A stretch of 64,000 bases of DNA from the human T2T-CHM13v2.0 reference genome, Homo sapiens. Below are positions 14,063-26,082 of this stretch, one piece after another. The DNA lies in NCBI RefSeq assembly GCF_009914755.1, contig NC_060934.1, one strand, 5' to 3'. A program made the translations under genes and the position numbers. The stretch's first letter is position 1. Every line of letters starts with the position of its first letter. Under the pieces are notes generated by a model. That model was not told the DNA's origin. It did no database searches and was given only the letters and a program-made list of their open reading frames with translations.

Positions 14063-14186
14063 TGGAGGCTCACAAGCTGCCCATCCGTATGCTCCCCTAG
14101 AGGTTTGAGCAGCAGAGCACTGAAGAAGTGAGCCACTCCCCTATCACACACCCGGCAAGGGAGACAAGGGAACTTTTCACATTTTA
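14063..14186 (+). mobile_element. 3' end of an ERVL-type LTR (LTR18/LTR32-like)
   Basis: gaggtttgagcagcagagcactgaagaagtgagccactcccctatcacacacccggcaagggagacaagggaacttttc resembles a recalled ERVL LTR terminus; subfamily uncertain. Confidence 0.55.
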
Positions 14187-14749
14187 CTACTATTTGATCT
14201 GGTAATCCCACTGCCAGGTACATACTCAGACAAAAATAGATCATTCTACCAAAAAGACACATACACTCCTATGTTCATCACTGTGCTATTTACAATAGCA
14301 AAGACATAGAATCAACTTGGTCCCTATTAATGGTGGACTGGATAAAGAAAATGTGGTACATATACACCATGGGATGCTACACAGCCATAAAAAACAAAAT
14401 CATGTCTTTTTCAACAACATGAAGCCTGAGGCCATTATGCTAAGCAAATTAACACAAGAAAATAAAAACATATACTACATGTTTTACTTATGGTTCTAAG
14501 TGTGTAAGCTAAACATCAGGTATTTATGGACATAAAAATGGCCGCATTAGACACTGGAGACTACTAGAAAGGAGAGAGAGGTAGAGGGGCAAGAATTCAA
14601 AAAAGAAAACCTAACTATTGGGTACTATGCTCAGTACCTGGGTTATGGGATCATTTGTACCCTAAACCTCAGCATCACACAATATACCCAGGTAAAAATC
14701 GTGCACATGTACCCCTTAATCTAAAATAAAAGTTGAAAAAAAAAGAAAA
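14187..14749 (+). mobile_element. L1PA15/16-like 3' end (ORF2 C-terminus, 3' UTR, polyA)
   Basis: tatgttcatcactgtgctatttacaatagcaaagacatagaatcaac...gtgcacatgtaccccttaatctaaaataaaagttgaaaaaaaa. Confidence 0.85.
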
Positions 14750-15080
14750 CCAGTAACTTATAATCATGTTGAGAACATCACTCTCTCCAGCCACTAAAGG
14801 AGTGTAATTAATTAAAGACTCCTTCAAAACCTTATTACCAGAGAATTGTAATTATTTTACCTTTTAAGTGGTTCTCTGGACAACCTCATTCACGTGACTT
14901 TTCTTTGTTTGATTTTACTTTAAGTTCACCCAATATGAACAGCATTTTTCCTAGGGGCTCTTTGTCAAAAAGAAAAAAAAAATCAGTCAGAATTGTTTAA
15001 TATCATGGCTGCCTGAGGCAGAAGATAACAATGGTCCAAGTGAATAACTAACAAAAAAGTTGAAAAATAAGATGTCCATA

Positions 15081-15792
15081 TGATAGCAACAGAAGGCAGA
15101 CAAATACCAAAGCAGATAGGGGTGGGTCCCCAGTGAAGCCCTACCTCCAAGCTGAAGACAGTTTCAAGCCTGAAAGCCAGGCTATAAGTCAAATCTGCTG
15201 ACATGATTGAGAACCTGTCTTCCCATTTGGCATGATTTCCTCTGATTGATTCCCACCCCTCACCTATTTTTCATATACCTACCCTTTCCTTTCCTAATTG
15301 GTTTTCTATACTGCTGTCCCCACCTTTGAGTGGTGTCTTTGCTTTAGTCTTTCTTTTCATACTCCCAAACCAATCAGCACACACTGCCCTATTCTGAGCC
15401 CATAAAAGCCTCGAACTCAGCCACACGGAGAGAAACTATCCAACTGTGGGGGCAGGAGACCACCTCTCTCCACTGAGAGCTGTTCTGTTGCTCAGTAAAA
15501 TTCTTTTCCACCCTCCTCATCCTTGAATTGTCAGCATATCCTCATTCTTCTTGGACATGGGACAAGAGCTCGAGATCCACCAACACAGGTACAAGAAATA
15601 ACATAAGTAGGGTGAGGCACTCCTGGCCCAGCTGTGGGATAAGCTAGTGTACAAGTCAGACTCAGCCCCGGTGGATGAGTGGGCAGGGCACCTCCAGTGG
15701 CAGGTTGTGTGCCCAAGTGAGACCAAGGCAGGGGCATTGTTGCTGGCCAGAGGTCCCCAGCTGGCAAAGAGGCCAAGAAAAATGCTGCATCA
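15081..15792 (+). mobile_element. ERV1 solo LTR (LTR27/LTR1-group)
   Basis: TG...CA termini (TGATAGCAACAGAAGGCAGACAAAT...GAAAAATGCTGCATCA); 4-bp flanks cata/catg; internal CCAAT, cataaaa TATA-like box and agtaaa polyA-like signal. Confidence 0.8.
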
Positions 15793-16638
15793 CATGAGGA
15801 TTTCAAAAATTTGTGACATATTCTTAAGAATACACTGTGCCATACAATTGAGTAGGGCTGTGTGCATGGCAAGAGCTGTGCTCATGTATAGAAAAGACCT
15901 GAGAAGGCCTTAAGGTCTCACCTCTCGCTGACGTTATGCTCTATGGAAGCATGAAGTAAAGGTTAAGGCTGAATTGCAAATTGATCTCCTGTGTTAAAGG
16001 TGTGCCCACTATACACATAGAATCTCCGGCAAAGACTTGGAGATGTATTGGTTCCAAGCATGTAAGGAAATTATGGTCTAATCATTAGCTGTTAACTAAT
16101 GTAAATGAGCAAAGACTTCAGTAGCAACATATAACAAACAATACAGACTTTACAGAATTTCTTCAAAAAAGTCACTAACCAATAATGGTGAAAACAACAA
16201 ATAACCAAAACAACAAACCTCAAATAGAGTTACCAGATTATATTGTTTAAATGCTCATTTTTCAACTAAAAGTTATTAGATATGCAAAGAACAAGAAAAA
16301 ATGACCAATACACGTAAATAATACAAATTAGTAAGTAGAAAATTTCCTGAGGAAGTGCAAATGTTGAAGTTATAGAATAAATATTTTAGCGATTTTAAGT
16401 ATGTTCAAAAAAACAAGAGAAACATAGCTAAAAATACAAAGGAATATATGAGAATAATGTCTCCACTAATAAAGAATATCAACAAGTATATATGAGTTAT
16501 TTTAAAAAAGAAACAAATAGAAATTTAATCCTGATGACAATAATTAATTTATACATACAAGGGGTTCAACAAAATCCAGTATGGTTAACCCAAATAGATC
16601 TGCAGAAGACACATAATAACCATATTTTCAAAAGCCAT

Positions 16639-17101
16639 TGTCAACAAAAAGAGTCAAACTCTTTAAAATATTTGAAGAGATTTATTCTGAGTCAAATATG
16701 AGTGACCATGACCTGTGACACAGCTCTTAGAAGACCCTGTGAGCATGTGCCTAATGTGGTCAGGGTAAAGCCTGGTTTTATACATTTTAGCAAGACATGA
16801 TCAATACATTGAAGATATACATTGGTTTAGTCCAGAAAGGCAGTACAACTCAAAGTGGGGGCTTCCAGGTTATAAACAGATTTAAAATTTTTCTGATTAG
16901 CAATTGGTTGAAAGACTTATTATCAGTAGAAAAGAATGATAAGAGGTTGTGGAGACAGAAGTTTTAGCATGAAGATGAAGCCTCCAGGTAGCAGGCTTCA
17001 GAGAGATTAGACTATAAATGATTTTTATCAGACTTAAGGTTTGTGTTAATATTAAATGCTGGTAGGCTTTTTCTGAATTCGAACAGAGAAGAATGCATAA
17101 T
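16639..17101 (-). mobile_element. MER4-family LTR, 3' part (split by provirus)
   Basis: TGTCAACAAAAAGAGTCAAACTCTTTAAAATATTTGAAGAGATTTATTCTGAG is the rc MER4 LTR end; continues at 24281. Confidence 0.8.
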
Positions 17102-17550
17102 TGTTACCAACACACCAGGGATTTGATCTAGGTCCTGCTGCTTGCCACACAGAAAGTCAGTCACTGAGATGATGATCACTGTAAAGGAAGACAGCTTTAA
17201 TTGGGTGCTGCAGCCAGGAAGATGAGAGCTCCATCTCAAATCCATCTCTCTGACTAACTAAAACCAGTAGTTTATACAGCAGGAAAAGAAATGTAACACT
17301 GTGTAAGAAAACAGGAACTAGGGAGAGACAAGGGAGCAATCATCATGGATGAGGGGTCCAGCATTTCATTGTCCAGATGCAATGATCTGGTGTAAATCCT
17401 CTGATGCTTTTTCTTGTGAGGCCTGAAGGTCATTTCCTGAGGAAGGAACTCAGATAAAACAAATATAAGTTTCAAGCTTTAAGACCAGAAGGGTGAATTT
17501 CTATGTTTATCGAAACAACAACTCTCTGCAGGACTATTGGGTCAGTTTTG
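17102..17550 (-). mobile_element. 3' LTR of MER4-group provirus (LTR43/MER87-like)
   Basis: About 450-bp direct repeat of 23825-24280; adjacent purine-rich PPT-like tract on the minus strand at about 17551-17577. Confidence 0.88.
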
Positions 17551-20500
17551 GTCACCCCTTTTTATTTATCAATTCCTCAGTCATTGGGAATCTGGTCAGT
17601 GATTTTTCTGGCTGCTTCGTGCTGAAGAAAGTCATTGCGGGCCACTCCATACCATGGGTGATCTTGTGGCCACCCAGAAATCAAAGGCTAATCTAACACT
17701 ACAGTTTTCTACTAAAACACAATCTTTCTCTCTCCAGTTCCATCACTTCTGGCAAAGACAAATCACAGCAGGATTAATCTAAATACAAAATAAGCTTCAG
17801 TCCTATATTCTTGGTCTGATTACCCAAACAAAATGTGACAAGAAACATTGTCCATAGAGGCTCTCATAAATGGACTTTTCTTGAACCTATCACAAGGCAA
17901 TTTAATCAAGGCACAGGAAAAATAACCAGTTCTTCCAACTCTGTCACATTATAAAATAAAACAGGTTCTTATTAAACATGTACAAACCACTTACATTGCC
18001 ACGATTTAAGGATATTCACAAATAATTTACAAATTTTAGAGAAATTAGGCAGAGGGAAAGATATGCCTCAAATTCTTTTTACAAAAGTATACTCTACTCA
18101 GTATATTTGAAGCATATTTAAAGGCTGTAAATCTCTCAAAAGGCAAAAATTCTCCAAAATCTATAAAACGAAACAAAAAGAATTTCAAAGGAAAAAAAGA
18201 CATAAAAGATTATTTCAGTCCTCCATTAGTTCAGGCCATGCAATCAACTCCTACTCTGCTTCATATTGGTTTAATAATGTTTATGAATACAAGGGCCTTT
18301 CAATTAGTGCACTGGAATATCTCTCTCTAATCCAATGTCACAATCTCCAAAGTTATCAGCAATCTACACTCAAGTGTCTTTTTTTGTGAACTCCTCCAAA
18401 GAAGCAAGCTTTGGACTGTGGCTGATTATGTCACATGTTTGAGAAGGATCAACCTTAAACATCAATTGTGAATGACAAAAGTCGTAAGATAGCCATAGTT
18501 AAAGACACAGTTGACAAGGAAATTTGGTTATTTCTGGGGCACACAGCAATTTAAAATAATAATCATTTTTACTGAAAACATGTATTAAGATGTATTAGAA
18601 TTTTAGGAATCTCATACAATCCTGGAACACATATTATCAACACATCTATATAAATATATCCCAACGGAAGCTAAACACCACCTCAGATTTGACAAAGCTT
18701 TCTGCATAATTCTAACAAAACAAAAACTGTAATATAGGACTAATATGTGTCTCTTGGTCTTCAAGAAACCTAATGTCCAAAAAAATAGTTTGAGGTCAAA
18801 AAGCCCGAATTTAGAACTTGAAATTTTGCTGTTGGAAAGTTGGCCAAATATCAAAGTATTAAGACCCTTAATATCACAAATTGAATCACGAGTCATTTTA
18901 GTCATTCATTTAGCAAAAGTGATAAAAGTATTTACCTTTTGATAGAGAGGAGACTTAGTTTCCCAGAATATAAGACCTAATGAAGACAGCATGAGGCCAC
19001 CTAAATCTGTCTCTCCCTGCTCTATTCTGTACCTCCAGTGTTCTCAGAAGATAAAATCTTTTATCTTTTAATATTACACAAGCATTTTTTCAAAAGAGAA
19101 AAAATTATTTTTGTATGGTTTATTTTTAATGATAAAGCTAATTTAATAAAACCTTATAAACAAATCTATGTAATTTTAATTAGTTTGACCATAAGGTAAG
19201 ATTTCCATAAACATTTTATAACAATTTTCCATTTCTATTAGAGTAGATGAGTGCTTCAAGGAAACGTTTTTATTTCAACACATGGGCCCAGACATTGGGC
19301 TTGCATCAGGGTGTTTTTAATATTAAGGTTTAACTTATAGAAACACTGAACTAATCTTATCCCTCAAAATTAGCCCTTGCAATTTCATGCACACACCTCT
19401 TCTGTGATAGTCCCTGGGCCTAATGGGATTGAATAGTTGTAATTTCTGGCCTTGAGTCTCACGAAAACATGTATTTTGATTGTCACCTTCTCCCAAGTCT
19501 GAAGATGAGGCTTCAAAGGGTATCAATACTCAAGATTTAGTAGGAATTGGTGCCTTTTCAGACCCAAGAGTCAAAGCCCTGTAACTTAATAGCACTAAAA
19601 TCAGATAAAATAATATTTATACTACAGAAAGTCCTGTCATTCTCTCTACCCTGTTACAAATTATGACATTGGGATTTGGTGTTTATTAATTACTGCCTGT
19701 ATCATGTAAAGTAGTGAGGTTACTCATTGCATATGTCTAATTTCTAGCATTCTAGTGACAGAACTGTGACCAAAAGCATAAAAAACGTGATAGCTCCTAT
19801 GTCAAACTTATCAAAGTAAGAAAACTAACTTTTATCTCCATCATGAAAAAGCGGTAAGTGCAAATATCACTTTTGGAAAATTAGCATCAGGATAATAATC
19901 TCCTTTCACTTAAATACTGTACAACAAAACAAGGACAAAGTAAGGAAAAACACACAATAATTCATTTTCAGCTATTTAAAAGAGCATTATCACACATGAC
20001 CAATATTGGTTTTTAGATACTGTCAACTGATTAGGTAACTTTCACCACAAAAATCTTAAAACCAGTGTAACATTTGTACATATTTTGTTTTCAAATACAC
20101 ACACAAAGGCCCATCAGTGATAAACAGCTTGGGATCAAAAATCAATAGAAAGTATCACATTTTTAGAAAATTATTACTACTTAATCCAAGCAAGTGGCAC
20201 TTAATTTTAATAAGTCAATATAACTAAATTAGTTTCAGATAGATCCCAATCAATACAATTTCCTTAAGGAGAAGACCAATATTCACTGAACATTACAACT
20301 TTGTACCCATACCCATATCACAGTTTCTCCCCATTAAAGGAAAAGATCTGAAATCAGCTCATATTATTGACAGAACTGAATTACCTTGGAAACGGAAACA
20401 CATTTAAACTCTTCTAATCTCACCTACTTTTCCAAATAACAAACTATATAATATAACATTTCTGCTAAGAATTTGTAAAAACCAGTCTTTTTTACCCCAG

Positions 20501-21995
20501 GAACCTTAAAGCTCTTCTAGCTCTCTAGATCATCAGAGGAAAAAAAAGGAAATTTTTAAATGGCTGGTGTACTCTATCAATTTTTGTAGGCTTGACAATG
20601 GTAGCTTAGGGATTCTAGATAAATAGAACAAATGATGAATTATTATGGAAATGCATAGGAAAAAAATGACTATTCATAAAATAAAATGAAGTTATCTTAT
20701 TTCAAACTAAAAAACATCAATGTTTATATATATATATATATATATGTATACATAAGTAAAACACAAAAAAGAAAAAAAAACAGCAAATAAATAAAACTTA
20801 CAAGCAAAAACAAACAAATGGGAGACCAACCCCAAATTTTTCTCCTGCTCAGTTTACCTTGAAGCCTAAAGTGTTACAGAGAGCCTAAAAAAAGAAAACA
20901 TATGATACATATTTTGTTCCTGGTACACAAATTAATGTCTAAGTCCAATACCACTTTACATTTTGTGCAATTAAGAAGTTCACTTAAGTACAAGACCATT
21001 AAGTACTTTAGTGCTAGTACTGTCTATGCAGAAGAGCAAAGACAGTGTGAAACAAAGGAATGCAAACATTCATGTGAAATTTGACTGTATGTTAAATCTT
21101 GCTTCATACTTAACTATATAAGAATTGCCAATGTATTTCATTATAATATTTGTTAATTTGCCTTCATCAAGACTAAAAGCTTTAAATATGAGCAAGGTTA
21201 ATTAGTCAAATTTCTCCAATTTCCTATCAGGTTTTACAGAATATTTTATTATCTAAAAGTTCTTCAACTTTCTATTTATTCGGTATGTGCATGAAGATGG
21301 ACACACAGAACAATGGTAAAAACACTATATATGACATACACAGACCATCAACGACATGCCTCACTGTGAACATACCTGGGCTTTATTTTCAGTCTCAGAT
21401 TTTCTTCTACTCCTTCTTGTTTTCTGTAAATAACCAGTCATTTTACTCAAGACAAAAAAATTACATACAAAATTCTTTCTCATACAAAATTATTCTCCTT
21501 TCTTTTTAATTGTTTTTTACTAAAAAATTACATCTTTATATTCATAACTTTCTTCACATTTCTCTCCTCTATTTCCTGGTTCCCTTTTAGCTTGTTTAAT
21601 AAATAATTCTTCAAGTCCATAAATTGAATTAACTTTAGATAACTTCTCAATTAGACAACAGTTTTTTCTTACTAATAACACATCTTTTTAAACACATAAT
21701 ATATACAAATTATCTATTAACTATAACTCTTATCTTAGGTTTTAGTGAAAACCTAAGAAGCAAGAAACTCTGAACTGTCTATCAGATATTAGCACTTTAT
21801 AAATAATAAAAATTCTATACTTTTAGTTAGAACCCTTTCTTAATTGGAAATGACCCAGATTTCCAATGAGCATCAAAATAACTTTAAGACTTTAAGTTAC
21901 ACAAAAAGCTAATGTATTGTACTTACCTATTTACATTTTACGTATTTTTACAGTTTATCTAGATTATTTATGCATAATTTATTTTCTCATTAACC

Positions 21996-22286
21996 TTTTT
22001 TTTTGAGATGGAGTCTCACTTTGTCACCTAGGCTGGAGTGCAATGGCATGATCTTGACTCACTGCCATCCTCTGCCTCCCGGGTTCAAGCGATTCTCCTG
22101 CCTTAGCTTCTCGAGTAGCTTGGATTACAGGCATGCACCATGACCCCCAGCTAATTTTTGTATTTTTAGTAGAGATGGATATTGGCCTTTTGTGCAGGCT
22201 GGTCTCGAACTTCTGACCTCAAGTGATCCACCTGCCTCAGCCTCCCAAAGTTCTGGTATTACAGGCATGAGCCACTGCGCCTGGCC
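21996..22286 (-). mobile_element. AluS inside the provirus
   Basis: Full-length dimer; TSD aaccttttttt on both sides. Confidence 0.93.
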
Positions 22287-22815
22287 AACCTTTTTTTAAT
22301 ATACGAATATCAGGTGTTCAGCTAAATAAGATCCTTAAAGTTAACATCATGGACATTTTAACAAATAACTCGGAAGATTTTGCTGTTTTTATTAAACCAA
22401 TAACATTAAATTAGTCTTCCCCCAAAATTCACACAAATACAATTTTGTTCTTTCTGGTTTATAGTTTTATAACCTTCTGTTACAGACCCTCATATCTCAA
22501 AATATATAGCAGAAAAATATATAAAACCTTGACAAAAATGTATACTGACAATTCTGAAGACTCCTCTATTTTTTATTTTGCCAATAATTTTAAAGACATT
22601 TTAATTTTACTAATAATTTTAAAGCCAGCTTGTTTAGTTAAATTTACTTAATTCATGTGAACTTCAAAATTGCTTGGATTTATTTACTTCATTTATGAGC
22701 ACTCTTATTTATAAGCCAATTTCATAGACACAACATATAACATAAGTATGCACACAAATAAACACATCTAAATGTGTTTATTTTCAGTCCCAGATTTTCT
22801 TCTTCTCCTTCTTCT

Positions 22816-22818
<3 letters not shown>

Positions 22819-22849
<31 letters not shown>
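22819..22849. repeat. (CA)15 microsatellite
   Basis: Read directly. Confidence 0.95.
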
Positions 22850-22850
<1 letters not shown>

Positions 22851-23801
22851 CCAATAGGTTTAACTTGCAGCTCTAGCCATGAGATAGCAATACAAACTCA
22901 CTAGTCTGCAAACATATTCACATGGCTGAATTTTGTTAGTCCTGTTAAGTAATCACGTGAAGGCTGTGAACTAAAATTCTGGGTAAAGAAATTTCCATGG
23001 CAGTTTTATTTTTAAAGGCTAAACTTCCCCAGACTCCAAGGAGCACTAGGGCCAAACAGCACCACTGAAGACCACCACCTGGAACTTACCAACCAGGCCC
23101 AACCCTGGTTAGAACAGCAACATAAAAACCTGGATACAGGGAACTCCATCCCACTTTCTCATTCAACAGCAAACTCCAGGTTCCAAAGTATATTGGGGCC
23201 AAACAGTATTACAAAATATCAAATTTACTGAATTCTAATTTCACATGAGTATATCAAACACACACAATTACCAAAACAAAACACAATCCATCTGCTGCAG
23301 CAACAAACAAGTCCCAGGAGTGTCCAAACTGAAACAGTCATGATGTTTCCTCTCTCCATCAGTTGGTCTTGATCAATCTCAAAAAAAGACTTCCCAATTT
23401 AGAGGAGTTGATCCTGCTGCCTGGTATCCAAAAAAGACACTCACTTGCCCAGACATACACACAATTACAAACAAGCTCCAAAGAGTGTCCATACTGAAAC
23501 AGTAAGGGTACTTCCCTCTCAATCAGCTGGGCTTTTTCAACCTTCAAATGAAAATTCCTTTAAATTCCCAGATTGAAAGGAGTATATCCTACTGTCTGGG
23601 CGCATAAAGGACACTCACCTAATCCAGAGTCAGATGTCAAATTTCAAAGGCAGTTCTAAGACAATCAGGAATGTAGTTGGGGCCAGTTTTGGTAGTGTCA
23701 GAGAGCGACTGAAACTCACCTCCACCCAAAATTGGGTGACCAGCTGCTTTGGAGGGCTCCTGAGAATCCTAGCTCAAAGCAGCCGAGCCATAGGCAATGT
23801 C

Positions 23802-23819
23802 TTCCTGGTCAGGAAACCA
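23802..23819 (-). promoter_or_regulatory. Primer-binding site complementary to tRNA-Glu
   Basis: Minus strand reads TGGTTTCCTGACCAGGAA versus the canonical Glu PBS TGGTTCCCTGACCGGGAA (16/18), 5 nt downstream of the 5' LTR. Confidence 0.82.
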
Positions 23820-23824
23820 AAATC

Positions 23825-24280
23825 TGTCACTGAAACTTCAGGGGTTTGGTCTAGGTCCTGCTGTTTGCTACACAGGCAGTCAATTACTGAGACAATGATT
23901 ATTGCCAAGGAAGAAGGCTTTATTAGGGTGCTGCAACCAAAGACATAGGAGCTCAGGCTCAAATCCAGTTCTCTGACCCACTAAAACCAGGGGTTTATAT
24001 GGGAGAAGAAATGCAACAATGTACAAGAAATAAGAATGAGGAAGGGGCAGGGAAACAATCATGATGAATAAAGAGTCTGACATCTCATTGTCTGGATGCC
24101 ATGATGGATTGAGTTTCAGTTTTTTGATACTTTTTTTTGAGAGGCCTGAAGGTCATTTCCTAAGGAAGGAAGTCAGATAAAACAAAGATAACTTTCAAGC
24201 TTTAAGACCAGAAAGGTCAATTTGTAAATTATAAGAAATAAAAATAAAAAAAAAACTGTGGGACAATTGGATTGGTTTCA
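23825..24280 (-). mobile_element. 5' LTR of MER4-group provirus
   Basis: Minus strand TGAAACC...GTGACA; homologous to 17102-17550 (about 22% different over the first 115 bp by manual count); TSD taat/aaat. Confidence 0.88.
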
Positions 24281-24403
24281 AAATGAGGCCTGTCTGACCC
24301 CACCCTCCCATGGTGTCCTGAACCAGTTATTTCAGGTTAAATTTACAGTTCCCTTGCTGAGAGGAATGTCCATTCAGATGGTTGCGGGGGGGCTACTGAA
24401 TTC
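24281..24403 (-). mobile_element. MER4-family LTR, 5' part
   Basis: aatgaggcctgtctgacccc...ttcaggttaaatt...tccattcagatggttgcggggggg continues the MER4 LTR interrupted at 17101. Confidence 0.75.
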
Positions 24404-25459
24404 TAGAAAATAAAGAAAGAATCTTGAAAATAGCAAGAGAGAAGTAACTCAAAACATACAAAGAACTCTCAATGTGATTGACAAAGAATTTTTCACTAGA
24501 AGCCAAAAAGTCAGAAGGCCATAGATGACATATTCAAAGGGGTGAAAGAAAAGATTATTAACAAAAATGTTATTTCCAGCATAAAAAAAGTTATTTTAAA
24601 ATGAAGAAGAAATATATTGCCAAATGAACACATCCTGAGAAATCATCACCAGCAGGCCTGTATTACAAAAAGTACTAAGGAGAGCCCATGAGGTGGAAAG
24701 CAAAGGATAAGACACAATAGATCAAATCCATATGAAGAAATATTGAGTACCAGAATGGTAATTACATAGATAAATATAATATAGAGTATAAATCTAGGTT
24801 TTGGGCAGTACTTTTTTTCTATTTGATTTAAAAGACAACTGCATAAAGGAATTAATATATGTTGGTTTTGATATAAAAAGATGTGCTTTGTGTGACAATA
24901 ATAGTAGAAAGGACAGTGGAGGAAAAATACTATAGAGGAGCAAAGTTTTGGTATTCTATGGAAATTAAGCTAATATTAATTTGAACTATGTTGTCAGTTA
25001 AGATGCTATTAATAATAATCTCCAAGGCAACCACTGAGAATTAACACAAAACATATAGTAAAATAAATAACAAATTAAAATGATTTACAAGAAAATATCT
25101 AACAGAAAACAAGGTGTTAATGTTGGAAGAACAAAACCAAAATGATGTAACATATAGAAAACGAATATCTACATGTCAGATGTAATTTCTATCTTAATGG
25201 TAATTACATTGAATATAAATAGATTAACTCTGTAATCAAATGGCAGAAATTGGCAGACTATATAAAAAAGATAAACAAATTATATTTTGTCTTTAAGAGA
25301 CACATTTTAAAATCAAAGACACAAATAGATTGAGAGTAGAAAAATTTAAAAAGATATACCATGCACAACATAGTCAAAACTGAGCCGTAGTGGCTATACT
25401 ACTATTAGGCAAAATAGAATTTAAGACATAAATTCATACTAGTGACAAAAAAGGCATTT

Positions 25460-26082
25460 CATTTTTATTTAACTTTTAATGTATTTTATTTCAATAGCTT
25501 TAGGGTACAGTTGGCTATAGCACACTTCCCACTTGCCCCTAAGTTCCGGCCAAGGAAGTTTGGCCCCACTCAAGATAATATCACAAATCTTAGTTGGGAG
25601 TTTCTCTCAACCTGTGACCACTGCCTGAGTTACCTGGCACATGTCTATGAGGTTCCTCTATGAGGTAGGATTGAGAATGGCTTCCCTCCTTCCCTGCTGG
25701 GGTCTGGGAGTGTATCCAGAGTATATCCTTTTGCTGCTCCTTATCATATACTTCCTACACCTCACTAAATCAGCTCCAGCACTGGGTAGGGTTAAGGCCT
25801 TGCCCCATGGCCTACATTGCCTGGCTCCTCAGTAGGAATGTGAATCATAGAGAAAGTCTCTTCCCCTTTCACACTCTGGAGACACAGTTTTTCACGTGGT
25901 TCATTATGTAGGCTTCTGCCCATTGTTTCTTTCAAAGTGTTTGTGGTTTCTTTCAATTTTTCTCTTGAGTCCCTGGGTTGCTCCTTGGATGAAAGTTTAC
26001 ACTATGAATCTATACACACTATTTTGTCTTTCCTAATAGGAGAGTTATCCTAAAAAAGCCTCCAATCCACCATCTTGGAAAA
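25460..26082 (-). mobile_element. Internally deleted L1PB-type element (5' UTR joined to 3' terminus)
   Basis: Minus strand starts CCAAGATGGTGGATTGGAGGC (L1 5' end) and ends ctgtaccctaaagctattgaaataaaatac plus an A-rich tail; approximate TSD acaaaaaaggcattt / acaagagaaggacattt. Confidence 0.7.

Larger units (their letters stand above)
17551..23824 (-). mobile_element. Internal region of non-autonomous MER4-group ERV1 provirus (~6.3 kb, no intact ORF)
   Basis: Bounded by two homologous LTRs, PBS and PPT; AT-rich MER4-int-like sequence; no long gag/pol/env ORF in the track. Confidence 0.8.

Noticed and set aside
23802-23819. tRNA-Glu gene
   Set aside because: Only the 18-nt 3' end match (PBS); no cloverleaf or A/B boxes.
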